A stretch of 64,000 nt of DNA from Xylographa opegraphella (taxonomy: Eukaryota), in contig JALDZX010000074.1 of the NCBI GenBank assembly GCA_022813865.1, positions 1 to 64,000 on the forward strand. The letters are read 5' to 3'. Each line of letters starts with the position of its first letter. The first letter of the stretch is position 1. The notes below the pieces were generated by a model, which had not been told where the DNA came from, did no database searches, and saw only the letters and a program-made list of their open reading frames with translations. The position numbers and the translations under genes were made by a program. Positions 37,171 through 51,142 of this stretch are shown piece after piece.

Positions 37171-38048
37171 CGAGGCAGGCGTCTTACCGTCAAACATGTG
37201 CATAGCGAACGGTGTTGTCTAGTTTGAGATCTTTCTGAGGTGTACTGACCATTATTCTCGAATTCAATTACTGCATTGGATGGAAGGACCCATAACAACG
37301 TATAATCTCGCAGGGTAGGTCCTAGTGCTATATGTATGGATATGATTGCTTCCGATGTATATTCCAGTCATGATCGATGGGGCCCTCCACTACACATTTA
37401 CTCGCTGGTATGATAGCAGCATTGGGACTTCTGGTAAAAGTGTATTGAAGTTATGCCCTACCGGGAGATATTCAGGACTGCTCGACAGCAACGAAAACTT
37501 GTGCGCTGAGTTGACAATCCGCTTCAGTTTACAAGTCACTTGTACATGGCGCAGAATCCGTCTGCTTCGATGTGATAAAACTCCTCGCTTATCATAATAT
37601 CATACAAAAAGCCGTCAACGTTCAATGATTGCATGCCAATCACTATTGCCCATGAATGACAGCTCGCATTCAGCACCAGAGCACTCCTCCCCAAGGAAGT
37701 TTATGTATCCAACTATGAGTACATGTCCACGGCAACACGTAATCGGGAGAGAATTGAGACATTGAACTCTATTATGTCTTGGTCACAAACATATCATACA
37801 GCGCTAAAATGGCAGCATACTAGTAGCAAGCACCTTTTAGGGCCAAGAACTCCATGTGTTGCCGACCTGACAAAATGACTTCCTATCAGTCTGCGTTCTT
37901 GTAAAATGTATTCCAGGCCCAAGTTCAATACGTTGCGTTCCCACCGAGATTCAGCCTAGGCTACGACAATAGCATCTTCCACCCCAGAGACGCGACGCCG
38001 GATTCCTTTTACACGTCCACCTCCCCCAAAATCCTCCAGAGGTTGCTT

Positions 38049-39434
38049 TCATTCCTCCAGCACCGCCTGCACCAAATGCGGTCTCCCCATCGCCAGGATT
38101 CTCGAGCTCACCAGCTCACCGACATTTTCCAGCAGCTTCTTATTCTCCTGATCGTTGACCGCATACCCATTGGTCAGCCGCGTGCTGCGGACGTCCTCCA
38201 GCTTCTCCAGCACACCGAGCACGGCCCCGATGGCCATTTCGGCGTCCGCTTTCGCCGGCGTGCTGCCTTCGATAGCTTCTTGGAGCAGTTTGCCGTACTC
38301 TTTGAGATTCGGCACGATCAGCACCCGTACTGCTTCGCTGCCGCCGACGGCCTGCAAGCCGAGGATAGCGCCGTAGTGAACGGCGAAGGATTTGTTGGGG
38401 TCGAGGAAGTGCTTCAAGCATGTTCGCGCGAGACGAGGCTTGAGCGTGTGAGATGATTTTGCGAACTTTGTTGCGATGAGGCCGAGGAGGGAGGCGGCGA
38501 GAGAGCGTAGGGGGTAGTGTTCAAGGCGATTTGAGGAGGAGCCGAGGCGCGGGGAGACAAGACATGTGAGGACGGGGGGTACGATAGCTGCGACGTATGG
38601 ATCGACGTAGAGACCCTCGTTGTCGAGCATGGCGGACGTGAGCTGCATCATTTGCTTCAGGACGAATAGGCTCTTGAGGTTATGGGTGACCTTTTCCGCT
38701 ATGAACTGCACGAAGTAAGGAACCAGTTGATGAAGCCCGGGATCACTCCGAAGACTGGCCAAAGCAGCAACGCTATACTCGTCGTTGGTTTCGTCGAGGA
38801 GAGCACTGCAGATCTTTTCGAAATAGAGCTGCAATTCCTTGGACAAGATATGCTTCACAAGAGGCTTTACTGTGACTGCATCGTTGCCACTGATGGATGC
38901 TAGAGTGGAGTTTGCACCAGGTCCTTTCGGTAAGAGTTCTTGATTCCGTGAGTCTGCGGATGTAGGATTTTGAGGTATCGAGGGCTGAACGCCTTCGACA
39001 GCGAGCCAGTGCGCTGCAAGAATTCAGCGACATTTCCCATACCCCCGGGCCCAAAAGAATGTACCTGTGAAGGATATTTCTCGTGGTACTTTAGGTAGGG
39101 GTGCATTAATGAGCTTCTCAAAATCTACCTCTTCATCCTCAACGTAAAACAAGGGCTGACCAGGCCCAATCGAAGCTTCACCAAACCTCAACGGTCTCGT
39201 CGATTCGTAGCCATAGAGAGGTTCGACATCCAACATCCGTAGTGCGTGTGTTATGTCTTGTGTGGATAGGGTCGTCCGCTTGCTATGCCTCATGAACCTG
39301 AATGCCTCTTCGAGGACTTGCGATAATCGAAATTCCACGTCGGACGAGAGAGCTGTTAGTACTTCACCACTTAGTGACGCGATTCCCACTGATTCGGCCA
39401 CATCTCTGATGTTATCCGGATTCCAGACAGACAT
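38049..39434 (-). CDS. TAF6: TFIID/SAGA subunit 6
   Basis: [25 protein letters not shown]-like motif, [34 protein letters not shown]; intron 39014-39064. Confidence 0.96.
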
Positions 39435-40015
39435 GCTGTGGGTGTAAGATGGCACTATTTAGCAGTGTTCGATGAAGCGCTGGCTTGGGTGATGGCCCAA
39501 GGTGATGGAGACTGTTAACAAAGATCGAATTCAATTTCTGATTCACATGCGCATGTTATATTAAAATCTTCAAGATATCCACTCCTGTATTTCGTGGCTG
39601 CCCAACATATTTTTGTATACCATCTGTCTCTGCACTCCACAGCAGCTGTTCCCCATCCAGCACATGAATCTCAAGAGCCCAGAATCTAAGACCGCTCTGG
39701 AACTTGACTACTGAAATACGAGACACACAAGGAATCTACCTCAATATCGCAGGTTGCCTCGATGTTGGAGAAGCTCGAAATATTCAGCCCAATCAGGCAC
39801 TAGCGCGCCGGTCGCGTACCTGGCGATGAAAGTCAACAATCTAAGTTGAGCTCGCATCACGATAATAGCCATTGAGGGGCAGTAGTATTTCTCCGGTATG
39901 TATGATTCACTAACAAGCAGAAACGAAGGAGTCTAGACTCGTAAATCTACCAGTCAGACCTTGCTCTGACTCTCCTCTCCGCCATCCGAGGCCTGCAAAA
40001 CTCACGCCCATCCCA

Positions 40016-41007
40016 ATGGCCCTCGCCAACCGAAGCTCATCATTGACATCCTCAGCGCAGCAGTCCCCAGCGCAAAGACAGCCCGCGCAGCAAACCCCAG
40101 TCAGACCGTCTCAAAGCCGAAATGTAACACCACAGCCTGGTTCAGTGCTCCCAGCCACCCCGTCGCCGGGCACATGGCGGCATCCCAAGTTCGAAGAAAT
40201 AGCGAGACGACAACAAGCCGCAACCTTTACCGACAGGAACGTCACCACACTTCTCTGGAACATTGGAGCTCTGATAGCTACCTGGCCGCTTGCCAGCCTT
40301 CATGACGCATAGTATGCTCCAACCGCTCACAGTATCATTCACCGACTAACAGCAGAAGTCCCATGCTCCGCCCCGTCCTCCTTAACCCGCTCTCCTCCAC
40401 CCTCGGCGGCTGGCCCATCTGGTCCCTCCACGTACTGTGGAACTACATCATACCCCTCCTATTCCTCTACAACATCTACACCGCCGCGTCACCCATATTC
40501 CGACACAAAGACGCGCCATTCGCTTTCCTCCGCAAAGACGAGTTCGCAGACATCCCACTCACACCGACGCAGCGCTCTCTCCTTGGCCTCGACCCCAACG
40601 GCGGTCCACCCGTGACACCCAAAACACAATACCTCACTCCACCCCGCTATCCCCGCTCCGCAACGCCAAACAGCGGCACCCCAGGCAGCAGGGGCAGCAG
40701 CAACGCAGGATCGCCAGCATCGAGGAAGGAAAGCCCGCTGGGCAGACCAGGCAGCGGCTCGGAGTTCTCACCCTCGGGCAGTCCGCTGTGGCAGAAAACT
40801 CTGGGCGGGAACTCTGCCGCGAGGAGACATAGCTACGGGATTCCATCGCCCTTGGGGCCCGGAGGGGCAGGGAAGGAAGGGAGTGTCTTCGGAATACCGA
40901 ACACGCCCAGCCCAACGGCGGGGAAGGCGGCGAGTGTGCCGCTGAATAGTCGGTGGCTGTACGAGAGGGGTAGGTCGAACTCGGGGAGTAGGAGCGTGTA
41001 CATGTGA
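40016..41007 (+). CDS. POM34: Nuclear pore membrane protein Pom34-like (NPCC domain)
   Basis: PGTWRHPKFEEIARRQ, two TM segments, DIPLTPTQRSLLGL, S/P-rich tail ending NSRWLYE; one intron near 40312-40356. Confidence 0.8.
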
Positions 41008-41482
41008 GGATTTAGGGAACAGGCAATTAGCGCTCTGAGCTCTCGAATAGATATGCCGGTGTAACGAGTATGCAGTATCAATCTCATCAATTGTGCTCAC
41101 TCACCACTCATCCTTTCTGTAGGCCAGAGTGTAGTGCTGTCTAGCATGTGCTGGGTCATCATTGACAGTTCCAAGCAAGACCAGACAACTAGACCATTTC
41201 AGTCGAAGCCATCTACACTCGTGCGAGCCTGGTGAAACTCCTCAATCACCATTCACCATCTTGCATACAACAGCTCTGGAAAAAATTTCACATTTCAGGG
41301 TTTGATTCACACAGATTTCATGGCGACATGGATAAGCTGTCAATTGCTGGATTATGCCGTCTCCAAGACGGAAGCCGCGCACCTACGATACCGATCCTGT
41401 TCAGAAATGCACACCCTCATGATTGATTCCTATCCGATGACCGATTCCCAACCAACGCCACGCTAAAAGGGTCCTATGCAAC

Positions 41483-44451
41483 TTAAACGTCCCTCACCGC
41501 ACCAGTTGTGGGCTTCGGCGCCTCCGGCCCACCACGAACAGTGAGGCTTCCAATTCTCTGCACCAGATTGCTGCCCACAGCATCGACCGCTCCCATCGGC
41601 TTCATCAGACTCGGGCCCCTGGCTGCTTCTTTCTCTACTTTGAAGAGGCGGATGTTGGTGCTGTTCCAGATCCCGGCGGTGCCACGCTGCGTTGCCATCT
41701 CTGATGAGAAGATGAAACTCCAAAGCAGAGATTCGTACCAGCCGAGTGATAGGGGAGACCATTCGAAGAGGTGGATACGAGGAGAGGAGGTGTCAATAGT
41801 ATCTGGAAGAGTCTTAGGAGATTGATTGTTGGGTGCGCTTGATAGGAGGGTAAGGATGGTATGAAGTGGGAGTGAAGGCAGCCAAGAGTCAATCTATACA
41901 TCAAAGTTAGCAGGATTTTGGATTGGCAAAGGTGTTCTATAAATTTGAGGGAGATATTGCAGACTCACCCATTGCGCAGAAGGTGCAAAGCCTCCAGCTG
42001 AGGCCGGAACAACAGCCGTATGGCTACTTATACTTGTCATACTATTCACACGCGAGAAGGAAGGTTGCCCAACAGGCATCTTGCCTCTAGCCTTCTCGGA
42101 CATACCGCGCAGCTGTAGCGGAACAGCATCATCAACAGAAGATGAGACAGAAGGGGTTCGGGAATTGTGGTTGGACAGGGATGACTGCGAAGGAGTGGGT
42201 TGCATTTCATGGTCTTCATCGTCGGAATCATCGTCGCCAATGGCAAAGGAACCATCCTCTTCTGGTACATTGCTCAAAGACGGCGTACGAGCGCTGACTG
42301 GGCTTCTCAAGCTGTCTATCGACCCGTTTCGGGGAGACCTCAATGGGCTGATGGCTTGCTCGGATCCATCGGTAGAATCTTTCCGAAGTTGACTCAATCG
42401 TTCGATTTCTTCTTGACCGCTCTCCAGGGTAAAGGAGCGCAATGCTTCGAATCGTTTCCGATGTTTTAAGATGGCCAGTACAAATCTTGGATTTTCTGAA
42501 GATGTTAGATTTCGCAGGCGCACCCAGTCACAGGAAAGCAAAACACTTACTTTCGTATCTGTGTTCAATGATCGCGTTCATTGATTCCAGTAAAGACGTC
42601 AAAAGTATATGATTATTCTCATTTGCCAGTAAAAAGCTTGGTGATGACATAGAAGAAAATAACTGTAGGAGTTTCAAGGATGTGACAGAGTTGAGGTTCT
42701 CGAGATACGCGGCAATGTTATTGATGATAGCGAGAAGCGCTGGATATATGGCATCTAACTTCCCTTTGCTGCCAGTAATAAGTGTGTGGATCGACTGTCA
42801 TAATTAGATATCATAAAGTAGAGGCTTGAGCAACGAACTGTACTCACCGATATTAGAAAGTCCGCGTAAGTGCCACTAAAGTTGTCGATTTTGATTGCCG
42901 TTGGCAGAGTTTCCTGACGCTCGAACTTCTTGTTCAATCCATTCCCAAAGTTATCTTCGGCACTTAGTGTCTGTAACACGAATACACACATCCTCACAAT
43001 GCCTTGTTTTGTAGGATCTGTTCGATACTCTAGTGCATAAAACAGTACCAGAATCACGAAGTCATGCCCACGGTCAGTGTCAACGATGAAAGACCGAAAT
43101 CGTTTGTTGCACTGAATCGTCTCCCAGAATAGCATAATCATCTCTGGGGCCCATCTCAATGGCTTCTGACTCCCGGGTAAGTACGATGAGGTTACTTGTA
43201 ACTATTTATAGTGAGTTATGGAATTGTCAACCGAAGTCTCGACCTTACTGGCTGATGTAGGATACGCGTCATTCCATCTACGAGAAATTGGAAGTCTTGA
43301 GGTCGATGAAGTCGTCCCAGGAAATGTCGAAAGTAATTCTTCGGGGCGTGACCTTTCCCTTCTTCAGGGATTGGATAAAGAATGAGGACAAGCAGAAATT
43401 GTAAGCAAGTTGCGACATAAATCTGCTTGGGATCTCCGATAACAACGTGGTCATACGGTAACCGCCAGCTTGCTGGATTGTACTTCAGTGTCTGACGGGA
43501 TTAGCGATTGGTTGGAAAATATGCGGACTATAGCACTAACAGAGTTCAACAACGAGCAAAGTGTGGATAATACGACCTGCTTGTCGGGGCAGGTTACAAT
43601 ATAAGTTATGGCCTTCACGCCCTTCACTGGCAGCACATCTTTTGTCGTCAGTAAACAGGAGATACAGGACCGTTTATGTACTGACTGGCTGGCATGTACA
43701 TCGACTTGCTTGCAAAGGCAAGAAGCAGTTTTAGGACTTCAGTCCTGTTGTCTTCTAGCTCTTTGCTTGAACTCATGGGCGTATTGCAGCCGACTCCACT
43801 TGACCATATTGAATAGCTGACGCTGGACTTGGAACGTTCATTGTAAGGTAGAGTAAACCCATGGAAAAAGAGTAAATCGATCAGGGTATCCAGGAGTTCC
43901 TCCGCCAAGGGTTTCGCGTCTTCAAGTTCCCCATCGTCTGCTCCCTCGTCCTTAAGCTCGTCTTCCGGATGAGCTTCATCGAACAGAACTACCGGCTTAA
44001 GCTGTCCATCCTGTTTCCTCTTTCGCCGTACTCCCCAAAGGAACTTGTCCTCCCATGCTTCGAGGCTATCGGCCTCATGAAGAAACGGAAGTATGCGAGT
44101 AAGAACTCTGATACAGTTGAGAGCCTCTCTTTCTGGGGCCAGCTCTGGATCTGGAAACGCCGGGAGATTCCGCAGGGTAAACAGATGGGACGTCAGAGCG
44201 AGTATGAGAGACTCCAAATTCGGAAGCGAAGTGTCACGGGTGCGTCGAACGTCTGTCGGAGAAAAGAGACTGAAGACATCTTCGGCCGATTCAGGAAGCT
44301 CCCAGAACTATGAGAGTCAGCTTGTTGTATCTGTGCACACGTCCTCCTGACTTACGCTTTTCCAGTATGGGCTATCGGCCGGGATTTTGGTGCCTTCTGA
44401 TAGCTTGAAGATACCCTGCTTGAATACCAACTTCGAATCGGAGGCACCCAT
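41483..44451 (-). CDS. ECM30: HID1/Ecm30 family protein, multi-exon
   Basis: MGASDSKLVFKQGIF, FWELPESAEDVFSLF, LNCIRVLTRILPF, WETIQCNKRF, GIVRMCVFVLQTLS, WNSTNIRLFKV. Confidence 0.9.
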
Positions 44452-45133
44452 GATGAAATTCTGAGCCCGCCGGTAAGAGGTGAGAAAGTTCATAGCATTG
44501 GGCTGCACGCATGCTCGTGGGCATGGCGACCTAGATTCGAAGCGGATGTTGAAGACGACAGTCTGTGAGTGACGAGGCTCACCTTACACAAAGACCTAGT
44601 GTACTAGTGGCAGGTAGGGCTGACCGATGAAGCCAACCAGCTGCTCCACTGCCTTCATTCTGCTCTGCGGCATCTAACTCTTCTTCTGTAAGACTTCTAG
44701 GGCCGCCACAAGCATCCCACTAATCACCAAGCTCTTATATTTGCGGACGAAACCATCACAGACTGTTATACACAAGGAGTCAGACGTCTTCGTCAGCGCA
44801 ACAGAGGTACAGTGACATGTCGATGGCTATATGCAGTTTCGCGTATGCCTCTCGACAATCCCAGATGGCTGGCGCTGGTCGCTCGGAGGCTATGTCCAGG
44901 AGACGACATGACTGAAGCGTGAGACAGATGAAGCAGACTGCTTTGCAGTTGTAGAGCCTGGCTGATGTGCTGATGTGCTTACTGTTGTCATTCTCCTTCC
45001 ATTGTGTACAAGTGCCGTGTGAATAGGTATATATATCGAGGTTCTGTCTACAATAGATAGCATACCGTACCATTCTTCACTTTGTTTCGCGAGTGCTTCT
45101 GTGTTACCCGATCCCCCTTTTCAATCCGAAGTC

Positions 45134-45774
45134 ATGTCCCGAAGTCCTCCTCCAAACGACGTTCTGCTCTTGATTGACATCCAAACCGGTTTCGACCACC
45201 CCACGTATTGGGGCTCACGCCGTTCCAACGCATCATTCCAAACGAACATCACGAACCTTCTTCGTGGCTTCGAGAAGCTGCTCGATCTCCGGTAGCAGGC
45301 ACAAGACCGAGTATCATCCACATCTACCACAGTGCGCTCAAACTATCTTCGCCGTTGCACCCAAGCTCCAACGGGATCAACTTCCAGCCTTATGCTACGC
45401 CCACGCAAGGCGAACTGGTTATAGTAAAGTCAGTGAATTCGGCGTTCCTCGACACCAACCTGGAAGAGATGTTACGGGTTCTTGAAGTCCAGAGGCTGTT
45501 CGTTGCGGGCCTGACGACAGATCACGGCGTCTCGACATCGGTGCGGATGGCCGCCGACCTAGGGGTCACGGATCATCTCGACAAAGAGACCGGAGAGCTC
45601 GTCAAGGGTCGAGTAATACTAATTGAGGACGCAACGGCAACATGGGAGAGGGGGAACTTTGATGCCGAGACAGTACATCGGGTTCAAGTAGCGAGCTTGA
45701 AAGGGGAGTTTTGTGAGGTCGCGACCACGGACGAGGTCTTGAACATGATTTATAGTACATACACGCCGACATAG
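45134..45774 (+). pseudogene. Isochorismatase-like cysteine hydrolase, frameshifted and with catalytic Cys->Gly
   Basis: LLLIDIQTGF..WG.RSN in one frame and IIHIYH..KSVNSAF..AGLTTDHGVSTSVRMA in another; no intron at the junction (about 45271). Confidence 0.75.
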
Positions 45775-46014
45775 ACTTAGGCTAGGGCAGGACGTCGACT
45801 GAGGTTCGTCCCGCGACGATGTAGCGCTTCAACAGAGAGCCACGCCGTGTCAGAAGGCTGCACAATAGCACAGGATAGCGATAGAACTTTCAGTCAGTAT
45901 CAAGAACAGCTTACACAACATCATCATCAGGTGTATGACAAACTCGCAACCAACATGGACATCCCGTAGAACCAGCCAAGCCACCGCTCCACACCATCCC
46001 AGCCCACTTCCTCC

Positions 46015-47428
46015 TCACTTCCCCTCCCCCACCCCTCCCTTCCACACCAAATAATCCCTCCAAGCAGCCACCATCATAACCACAAAACTCTGGCCCTCCG
46101 AACTGCCCCTCCAGAAAACATCCCTCTCCTGCCAAACCACAATATTCGCCACCGGCACCACCAACCCATCCTCCGCCTTCACGCACCCACTCACCGCCTC
46201 CCTCCACACATCCGCCCTCTCCACCAACCCAGCACCGACCCGCTCCGGCGCCAACACCGCCATGCGATACACCGCCGCCGCCAGCAGCGCCGTGCCTGCC
46301 GCATCGCCACTCGCATGCTCGACGTCCAGGTAATTCCGCAGCAAGCCCGCGCGCGGCGCTGCGGGACGGAAGCCGGCCTTCGTCTGCGCGGCCACCGCGC
46401 CGCGTAGGATCGCCATGATGCGCTCCTCGAGGGTGGTCTGCCATGTCTGCCACGCGCGGCTGGGACCCCACTTCCGCACGACGGCGAGCACGCGCGCCAT
46501 ACCCATCGCTGCCCACGCGTTGCCGGTGAGCCATAGCGCCGGGTCCTGGTCCTCGGGGCCGGCGGAGGGGGCGAGGATGTGGGCCCACAGCCCGTGGAAG
46601 GGCGTGTCCGGGGCGTTGCGCTCCAGCGCGGTCCCGTAAAGGAGGCATTGCTGGATGGCGTCGTGCAGGAGGGAGGGATCGGCAGTGGCGACTGCGTGGT
46701 GGGCGAGGAAGGGCGGGGCCATGTAGACGAAGTCGGACCAGAGCTCGGCGGTGGTGGCGCGATGAGAGATGGCGCCGCTGGGAAGGCGGGGGGTATGTTG
46801 GAGGAGAGCGCGTACTTGGCGGTTGCAGGCAGGGAGGTAGGAGAGGAGGAGGGCCGAGGGGCCGAGTGAGGATGGGTCGGATGTGGACCCTTTGGGGAGG
46901 CGTGTTAGTTGTGGAGTTTTGGAACGTGATATTGCTGGGTAGTCACCAGCTTCTGATGGAAGGAAGTGGCGAGAAAGCATGCCATATGACACGGGAGCAG
47001 AACAGACAAGAAAGCGACCACACGACGCGGAGAATAGCAAATAGCATGAAAAGAAAAGTATAAGATAACCGGCGACGTTCAACAAAAAGCTATACACAAC
47101 CAAAGAGCTTCAGTTGCATAGGTCTGACATAGCGACTCCACTGACCGTCTCCTTCACACAACCCCTCTCCCTCGGTACTTATAAACTTCCGGGCATAAAC
47201 CAGACTGGGGATTTTCTCTACATCCACTTTCAGAAGCTCATCCCCTGGGAAAGGATCTTTACTGAAGACCGATAGTTCGGGGTTGTGAAATTCCAAAAGA
47301 GCTTCGGCGGCGGTTCCCCATTCCCAGCTATGGGCAGCAAGTTCAAGACCTTTATCAAGAACCTTGTGGACATCGAATCCCGGGTCATGGTTTGAGGTGG
47401 AGTGTGGCGTGACTGACTGAGAAGACAT
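46015..47428 (-). CDS. Six-hairpin glycosidase, GH88/GH105-like, no signal peptide
   Basis: HSWEWGTAAEALLE, GAISHR..ELWSDFVYMAPPFLA, WLTGNAWAAMGMARV, SSEGQSF; intron near 46890-47144. Confidence 0.8.
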
Positions 47429-47943
47429 CGGACGTTTTCGAGAATCGATCAAGGCTCGAGATGCAACAAGAGTAAGTTCGAAGATGGAAAATCAATCATC
47501 GATGGACGAAGAAGCACTGAAACCAAGTTTCGTCACAGTACACATTTACCCGTAACCCCGCAGGAAACACAAGGAAACTAATCATGACACAGATCTCCTT
47601 CAATCAAAAACCGTTATAATGATAGAAATCTGCGGACTACCCGCGTGGACAATGATTTGGGTCAAGAAAAATCGCCCGTGCTTGTTAGATTGCCGATTCG
47701 TGAGAGTTGTGTTTGGTAATTTATACTTATTAAGTCGCCGTTGCAACCTTCAATAAACTTGAAATTCTTCGTTTACCTTGGCCCTAAATATGCCATGAGC
47801 CAGGAAACTCAGGAATAGCCAACATCGTCTCTTGCGACCCTCAGAGTATCGAGTTTTTCCGGTGTTCTGCTCAGCTCCTTCAAACTCCGGAGTGCTCTTC
47901 AAAATTTGGCATTCGTTATGAACGAAGTAGCTATAGATACCTA

Positions 47944-48790
47944 TTAGGTCTTCGTCCCGTCCTTCTTTCCTGCAATGGCCCCTCTCCCTGGACTGTTGCC
48001 CCCAGAACCTCGCCCCAGTAAATTCCTCGTCCTCATGTATGCATCCACAGTACCCGAAAGATTTCCGCGGTCGTGCTTCGGTTTCCTGGAGACCATCATG
48101 TTAGCAGCCTGTCTCTTCGACGATCGCTCTCGGATTATCATGTCTGCTGGGTATCCAACAGTTGCATTCGCATACCTCATATAGTACAACCGTGCTCTCC
48201 GAGCCCTTCTCTCCGCTCTCTGCACCACCTCAATTCCCACAACCGTAGGACTGTAGACCTTGACCCAAAGTTCTGTCCCTATTCTTGTCAACTGCGCTCG
48301 CAACAGTATGCTGGTGTCAACGCCTCGTCGTCGGATATTGATACACACTCCGGCAAAAGGATCGCCAGACTTGAAGCGCACGAGGAGTATATCGCCAACC
48401 CTGGCAGAATCCGGATTGGTTTTGGAGAATAGACGTGTGCGAGAGCCTCGTGGATCTAAAAGCGAGATCTGGGATGCCGTAAAGGTGGCCAAGGGTTCGG
48501 GGCATTTTGCGTGGGTGGATGGGGGTGGTGGATAGGTCTTGATCTTCTTTGGGGCTGTAGGATATCATTAGCATACCGTGCCCTGCAAGCCTATGAGATA
48601 GTTGGTTAGACTGACTGTTGATTATCGCGGAGCTTGAGACTCCTGAGGGCAGTCGAGGTGGTGGAGGCGGTGGTTGTCTATAGGTAGATGTCGAAAGGTA
48701 TCGCACATTGCGCGCCCAACTCTGCTTTGAGCATTGCTCTATTGGCTTCCAATGATTCAACAGCCGCAAATAATTTGATTTGGACGACAT
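47944..48790 (-). CDS. IMG1: Mitochondrial ribosomal protein bL19m
   Basis: LDPRGSRTRLF, GDILLV, FAGVCINIRRRGVDT, VYSP..IEVVQR, RARRARLYYMR|KPKHD; two introns. Confidence 0.9.
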
Positions 48791-49155
48791 CAAGAGCTTT
48801 TGGACGTGGCCTGCGTATACAAATGGCTGTCATGGACTGTCAAAGTTCGTGGACGGTTATCCGCCAAAGTTGAACTGCTCTGATTGGCTGGCTTGATTCA
48901 ATTCCGCTTCAAGTCCCTTTCGGGAATGCGAGAAGCTCAACTCCGGAAGGATCGAGGAACACGCGTCTCCCACTTTCAGACCGTAACGACAATATCCAAT
49001 CAGGTAGACATAACCAGATTTCGCCTACTTTTGAGAGGATTGATGTGTATAGTGGCATGGTTGCCCATGTTTTCCTGAAATAACGAGGATGCATTGATGG
49101 ATTTTACCTGCGAGTTTGATGCTGAGAACTACTCCTTTATTGCATTTTGACTATA

Positions 49156-50207
49156 ATGTCTGCGTTTACTATCACCACAGGAGGGAAAGGTGAGTTTCAA
49201 ACTTGAGCTTCTTGTTAAATAGTCATCTTTGAATACTGGATTGCTAATAAGTACTTCCTCTGCTCTTCCCAGAGCGTGTGCAAGCTGCCACAAAGCTCCT
49301 GAGTAAGGCATTTGAGGCCGATCCTTGCATTACTTATGTTCTCTGCTCGATGACTAAAGAGCAAAGGCTCGCATATCTGCCGGCCTACTTTGATGTGCTC
49401 CTCACGGCAAGTGCCATGAATCAGGCCACGTTCGAGGAGATAGATAACTGGGGCTCTTGTGCTGTGATGATTCCGCCAGGCCATCGAGTTGACAATCCTT
49501 TCACGCTCCTGCAATCGGGATTCCTGTCTATGCTTTGGAACTGTGGTATTGGCGGATGTTCAGTATGTTGAAAGCCTCAGTTTCGTAATGCGCATTTGGC
49601 TGCTGCATGACATATCACTGTCTCTGCTATGCAATGAGACAACTAATTCCGATTTGGGAGCCCTAAGCTGGTTCTCGCATACACGAAACATGTTCAAGCA
49701 TTTCACACTGTGTCAGCGCCACAACTGGATATACATGTATTCAGCATATGAATACCGCCTGAAAGCACTGGCTAACTATTGGGAATCATGTAGCGTATGC
49801 TGTCTGAGATCGTACCAAAAAGTGATGCCGCTAAGAAGAAGGGGTTGGAAAAGGGAGAAAAGTACTATTACTTGTTTTTCGTTGGAACCCAGGAAGAACG
49901 AAATGGTCAAGGTGAATCCCACCGATGGATACCATAATGAAGTTCTGCGGCATGTTGACGCTGTGTAGGTCTGGCAACCGCTTTGATTCGGAGGTATCAA
50001 AGCATAGCAACACGCGAGGGGCACGCCATATGGCTAGAATCAACCACGTCCCGTTCCAAGGGGATCTATACACACCTTGGCTTTGCAGTTGTGGATGAGA
50101 TGATTCTGGGGACGGGGAAAGCTGCGCCCGACGGTACAGAGAAGAAGAATGGCGAAGGAATACAGTTCTGGGCCATGGTCTGGCGGCCAGCCGCTCCGGT
50201 GCAGTAA
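49156..50207 (+). CDS. GNAT-family N-acetyltransferase
   Basis: AFEADP, YYYLFFVGT..RNGQG|LATALI, IWLESTT..IYTHLGF, FWAMVW; three introns. Confidence 0.8.
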
Positions 50208-51142
50208 TTGATGTTGCTTCGGGATGCATCGGCTGCGCAGCATAGTCTGTGGTGGCTGCAACGAATTGACGTCAGATAACGAGTACAGGAGAACGGCTTC
50301 TCCACCAAGATCGTCCTTATTCTTAGTGTCGAGAGTTCTCTAGACAATCCAATACTGAAGCAGCGGGGCATCACTGCAGGGCGCTCGAAGACTGTAGCAG
50401 TGATTTATAAAGAAGGAGCCAAGTCAAGTTGCGAAAAGGGAGGAACATCCATCTGCATCTCCTATCCATGCACTCGCAGCTTCCATAGGTAGCTGAGGGG
50501 ACAAACACTAAAGTATCGTACCTACGCAAATCGATCAGTACCGAGTCGACCGGCGGAGGGCATGCAGTAGGGGCGCAACGAGCAAGGAGCCTGACCACGG
50601 CTCCGGAACCAGTTCTCAAAAGGCGAAGCGGGACCAAAAGTCGCCGGAAAGCGAACCGGGAGATAGCAGGGCTTGGCGTTGCGGGCCTGCTTTGTCCCGA
50701 ACAGCCTTGCAGCAGTGCTAAAGCGTACCTGCGCGATGGCACCTTCCTCACGTGGCATAGCGTGGGGTCCCGCCAAGCGCGGCAGGGGTCGATCGGGTGA
50801 CGGCATTCGGAATTGCGCCTTGGCATCAAGACCCGCCAGACCGTTCGGCGCGTCCTGATTGGGAGTCGCTCCACACGCGGGCCCTTATCTACATCTGCCG
50901 TCTTCGCCAATCTCGACTGCTGATAGCTACAGCATTATGTCAATGCCACAGTCACAGCATGACGGCCTACCGCAAGAAATACCAATGCGCCAAAAGCTGG
51001 AGTGCCTGTGTGCGTTTTGCTCATCGACATCTCTTGCTCCAGCTTCTCTTCTCCGACACGCTTCAACCACTCTGTCGGGTCGTCAATCTCCCCCCACGAC
51101 AGCCACACGTGGAAGACCGGCTGGCCTCTGTTGTAACTCAGC

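Noticed and set aside
50371..51140. Several 90-180 aa ORFs upstream of the permease
   Set aside because: No recognisable domains; more likely promoter or 5' leader
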